A DNA stretch of 64,000 bases from Cyanobacteria bacterium REEB446 (GTDB lineage: Bacteria > Cyanobacteriota > Vampirovibrionia > LMEP-6097): the NCBI GenBank assembly GCA_018970325.1, contig JAGWWP010000001.1, positions 7,889 through 71,888 of the forward strand, read 5' to 3'. The notes beneath the pieces are model-generated. The model made no database searches. It had not been told where the DNA came from and was given only the letters and a program-made list of their open reading frames with translations. The translations under genes were made by a program, and so were the position numbers. Of the stretch, positions 60,664 to 64,000 are shown in pieces (positions within the stretch are counted from its first letter, which is position 1; each line of letters starts with the position of its first letter).

Positions 60664-61077
60664 ATGGTTCAACCAAAAAGTTTGCCGAGATTATATGCCT
60701 ATCTGCTTATAATGCGTTGGGTTATAGGGGTTATTTTTATCCTGAATGGTTATCCTAAATTCTCAGATCCATCTTTTGGCAGTCAGGCAGATACTTTTCT
60801 TGCAACTTTAAGAGATGACATTATTTTTAAACCTTATGAGGGTTTCTTTGAAAATATAGTTTTACCTAATGCTTTTTTGGTAGCTAAGATAGTTAAGTAC
60901 GCAGAGGTAATTTTAGGTATTTGTTTTATTATTAATTTTCCTATTAAAATAGCAGTATTCGGGGCTCTTTGCTTGCATTTAAATTATTTAGCGATAGCGA
61001 GTTTACCTACTTTTATGTTTTTAAATATTATGATGATTTCTGCGGAGTTCGCTATTTATGGGGCACGGCAGGACTAG
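60664..61077 (+). CDS. DoxX/DoxD-like membrane protein
   Basis: R..IG..F...G..KF, then AE..LG pattern; about four TM helices. Confidence 0.7.
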   Translation: MVQPKSLPRLYAYLLIMRWVIGVIFILNGYPKFSDPSFGSQADTFLATLRDDIIFKPYEGFFENIVLPNAFLVAKIVKYAEVILGICFIINFPIKIAVFGALCLHLNYLAIASLPTFMFLNIMMISAEFAIYGARQD

Positions 61078-61083
61078 GGATTA

Positions 61084-62931
61084 ATGAAAAACCTTGTTTT
61101 TCGCCATAAATTATTGGCTTTTCAGGTGAGGAGTTTTCTGTATTTTTCTGTATACCTGAGCCTATTTTTATTAAGCTCAGCCTGTTCTAAAATCTCTTTA
61201 AGTCAGTCTTTATCAGGGACTTTTCAGAATGCTGGAGATAAGCAAAAGTCCCAGGTTAATTTTAAAGAGAAATTACGGTCCCGCTTTGGCGGCACTTTAA
61301 AGCTAACTCAGCGCGGACAGGATGCTAAAACTCTTAACCCTTGGACTTCTACTGAAGCAACTAGTGGTGAATATGGCTCACTGATGTTTCCTGGACTAGT
61401 AAAGTTTAATCCAGATACTGATAAGGCAGAGCCTTTACTTGCTGAAAGCTTTGAGATAAGTAAAGATGAAAAGACTATTACTGTAAAATTACGTGAAAAG
61501 CTTTACTGGAGTGATGGTCAGCCGATAACAGCTGATGATGTGCTTTTTACTTGGAATGAGCTTTTAATACAGGGAATAGCTTTAAGCTCAGCTCGGGATA
61601 TTATTAATATAAATGGTAAATTTCCAGAAGTCATTAAGTTAGATGATAAGACCATAGAATTCAAAACCAGTGAGGTTTTTGCACCATTTCTTAGAAGTTT
61701 AGGCATAGAAATAGCTCCGAAGCATGATGTAGAAAGATTCTTTAAAAAACATAAGGCTAAAACCTTTTCTGAAAAGCAGAAAGCTTTCGAGAAATATTTA
61801 AGTATTTTTACTAAACCTGAGGAGATAGTCAGTTCTGGACCTTTTAAATTTTCTAAAATTCAACGTGGTGAAAGAATAGAATTCATCAGAAATCCTCTTT
61901 ACTATGATGTTGATAGTGAGACGGGAAAAAGGCTTCCATATTTTAATCGTTTAATTTACTCATATATTCAGGATGATAGCGCTGATATTTTTAAGTTTCT
62001 AGCTAAAGAATCAGATGTTTTAGGTGTAAGCCCTGCTAATGCTGCACTCGCAAAGGAACTCAGTAAAAAATATAATTACACACTGTATGATCTGGGAACT
62101 AGTAATACTACGAATTTTATCTGGTTTAATCTGAGTAAAAACGTTCCAAAGCCACAGTATGACTGGTTTAATAATTTAGTTTTCAGAGAAGCCGTTTCGC
62201 TTGCGATAGATAGGAAAAGCATTATTAATAATGTTTATCAAGGCTTAGGTACACCACTTAGTTCTGCTTTAGGAGAAAATTCTTCTTTCCTCAATTTAGA
62301 TTTAAAGGTAAATAAGCGAGCTTTAGCTAAGGATGCTTTGAAACTCTTAATAGCAGATGGTTTTCGTTTCGATGCGAAAAATAAAATTCTCTACGATAAA
62401 AACTCTAATAGGGTGGAGTTCGATTTACTCTCTAATTCAGGTTCTCGGGAAAGAGAATTAATGGGAGTGATTATCAGTGATAATTTGGCTGAGATAGGCA
62501 TAAAGGTTAATTTTAAATTACTGGAGTTTAATAATTATGTCGGTAGAATTATGCAGGGTCAAAACTACTCTGCTGGCATATTAGCTCTCGGCGGTGGTTC
62601 TAATAATGAGCCTAATACTGGAGCTAATGTCTGGAAGAGTGATGGCAGGCTACATCTGTTTGATCCTAAAGGTTTTCAGAAACAGCCTTTAATTAGAGAC
62701 TGGGAAAGAGAGATAGATGAGCAGTTTATTAAAGGAGTGCAGACTTTAGATTTTAATGAGCGTAAGGCTATTTATGATGAGTTTCAGGTTACAGTTTTTA
62801 AATACAAACCACTTATATATTTAGCTAGCCCTAAAACCTTCGCTGCAATTAGGAATGATTTAAGAGGTATTCGTAAAACTAAATATGGGGGCATGATCCC
62901 AGATATCGCGAAGTGTTATAGGGGCGTGTAG
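61084..62931 (+). CDS. ABC transporter peptide-type substrate-binding lipoprotein (SBP family 5)
   Basis: Lipobox LSSAC, GGTL, KTLNP, PLLAESF, LR..L.WSDGQPITADDVLFT, SGPF, FREAVS.AIDR. Confidence 0.92.
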   Translation: MKNLVFRHKLLAFQVRSFLYFSVYLSLFLLSSACSKISLSQSLSGTFQNAGDKQKSQVNFKEKLRSRFGGTLKLTQRGQDAKTLNPWTSTEATSGEYGSLMFPGLVKFNPDTDKAEPLLAESFEISKDEKTITVKLREKLYWSDGQPITADDVLFTWNELLIQGIALSSARDIININGKFPEVIKLDDKTIEFKTSEVFAPFLRSLGIEIAPKHDVERFFKKHKAKTFSEKQKAFEKYLSIFTKPEEIVSSGPFKFSKIQRGERIEFIRNPLYYDVDSETGKRLPYFNRLIYSYIQDDSADIFKFLAKESDVLGVSPANAALAKELSKKYNYTLYDLGTSNTTNFIWFNLSKNVPKPQYDWFNNLVFREAVSLAIDRKSIINNVYQGLGTPLSSALGENSSFLNLDLKVNKRALAKDALKLLIADGFRFDAKNKILYDKNSNRVEFDLLSNSGSRERELMGVIISDNLAEIGIKVNFKLLEFNNYVGRIMQGQNYSAGILALGGGSNNEPNTGANVWKSDGRLHLFDPKGFQKQPLIRDWEREIDEQFIKGVQTLDFNERKAIYDEFQVTVFKYKPLIYLASPKTFAAIRNDLRGIRKTKYGGMIPDIAKCYRGV

Positions 62932-62940
62932 CGAAATTTC

Positions 62941-63898
62941 AATTTCTGCGTTTTCGTCATACTTGAACTAGTATATACATTTCTGTTATTATATATATTT
63001 AATGGTAAGCTTGCCCACGGTGCTGTTTTACTGTAGGAGATTAATTCGTGCCTTTACCCATAATAGGTACTGCTACTGAGGCTGTTAAGTCGGTCGCCAC
63101 CAATGCTTTACAGACTGCTGTGCCTACGTCTCTTGTTGCTGGAGCAGATGTTATACAAGCAAACCAAGAAAAGAAAACAGCGAAGATTAAAGAAGAAGCT
63201 CGAAATACTGAGAAGAATATTTCTCAGAGTAAGCTAGATGATGCTAGAAAAACGATTACTAGTATAGTTCAGCCTGGTATAAATATTTTTAATCCTATGA
63301 ACTTATTAAGTAATGCTTGGTATTTTTTAGTAGATTTATTACCGATTAAACACAGTTCTAATAAGATTCTCGCTGATAATTTAGAGATTTTTCGTAACCA
63401 GCATCAGACTAAAGACTTTCAGACACGTGCGATGGAAGTTTTTAGAGCCCATTTAACATTTCTGGATATAGATATGCAGCGTATGGGGTCTAAGCCGCCT
63501 ATTTTTAATATTTTTCCATTTAATCTTTTCGGAAAGCAGAACGCTGAAAGGGAAAGAACTCTAGCTGAGAAGACCAAATATCTTCCAGAACTAGTACAGA
63601 GTCTAAGTGAGCATTTAGATTTTATTAAAGAAGAGATGGTTCTGAATACGGCTCAAGGGCATACTGGTTTTACAGATAGCGAGGGCAGATATATTCCAGC
63701 ACTGACAGTGAAAGACTTTGAAGATTTAAGAAAATTCTCTGCGGAAATTTCAGATGGTGGTAAATATTCTAAACTGAAGAATTATCCACCTATGCAGCAG
63801 ATTAAAGCGAAGGTAGATGAAATGGTGCAAGAGCTAAAACCAGCTTTCGATGGGTATGCACATTAAAGAAAAGTTTCTACGACGAAAACGCAGAAATT
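62941..63898. repeat. Perfect 18-bp inverted repeats bracketing one orphan gene
   Basis: AATTTCTGCGTTTTCGTC (62941-58) and its exact reverse complement GACGAAAACGCAGAAATT (63881-98). Confidence 0.85.
63048..63866 (+). CDS. Hypothetical protein (272 aa)
   Basis: GTG start after AGGAG RBS; no recognised motif. Confidence 0.75.
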   Translation: MPLPIIGTATEAVKSVATNALQTAVPTSLVAGADVIQANQEKKTAKIKEEARNTEKNISQSKLDDARKTITSIVQPGINIFNPMNLLSNAWYFLVDLLPIKHSSNKILADNLEIFRNQHQTKDFQTRAMEVFRAHLTFLDIDMQRMGSKPPIFNIFPFNLFGKQNAERERTLAEKTKYLPELVQSLSEHLDFIKEEMVLNTAQGHTGFTDSEGRYIPALTVKDFEDLRKFSAEISDGGKYSKLKNYPPMQQIKAKVDEMVQELKPAFDGYAH

Positions 63899-64000
63899 AG
63901 AGGTAAGAGCACTTCCTAAAGGCACTTTCTGAGCAGCTCTTCAAGCTCAAGCTTGTACTCATTAAATGTAGACTGGCTTTTATCAGATTTAACTGAATTT

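Overview
AT-rich bacterial chromosome segment. The housekeeping genes (eno, ftsZ, ffh, rsmH, rpsF-ssb, dispersed NdhF/NdhJ/NdhK-type complex I subunits, a Ycf45-like ATPase) and many orphan proteins suggest a non-photosynthetic Cyanobacteriota (Vampirovibrionia/Melainabacteria-like) genome; this is inference only. There are two defence-rich regions. The first (about 16.5-22.6 kb) holds an AAA-DUF4143 gene, a SIR2-like gene, DUF2442, a membrane KAP NTPase and a RelE-like toxin-antitoxin pair. The second (about 34.2-55.1 kb) holds AAA-DUF4143 genes, type III R-M, a PHP-ATPase, an AlbA/Schlafen-HATPase, type I Zorya and a Fic gene. The standout signal is a ~270-bp non-coding element present twice (41253-41525 and 53790-54059), each copy directly upstream of a different defence operon (mod-res and zorABCD). 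Its stems show compensatory base changes between the copies. On the minus strand it has a -10 box, a possible pseudoknot and mutually exclusive terminator/antiterminator pairings, so it looks like a structured leader RNA or attenuator for anti-phage operons that I cannot assign to a known family. Other oddities are a highly divergent PEP-carboxylase homologue, an apparently dead DnaQ-type exonuclease, an orphan gene bracketed by perfect 18-bp inverted repeats, and operator-like repeats before the Fic, AAA and DUF2442 genes. All calls are by eye; no database searches were run.
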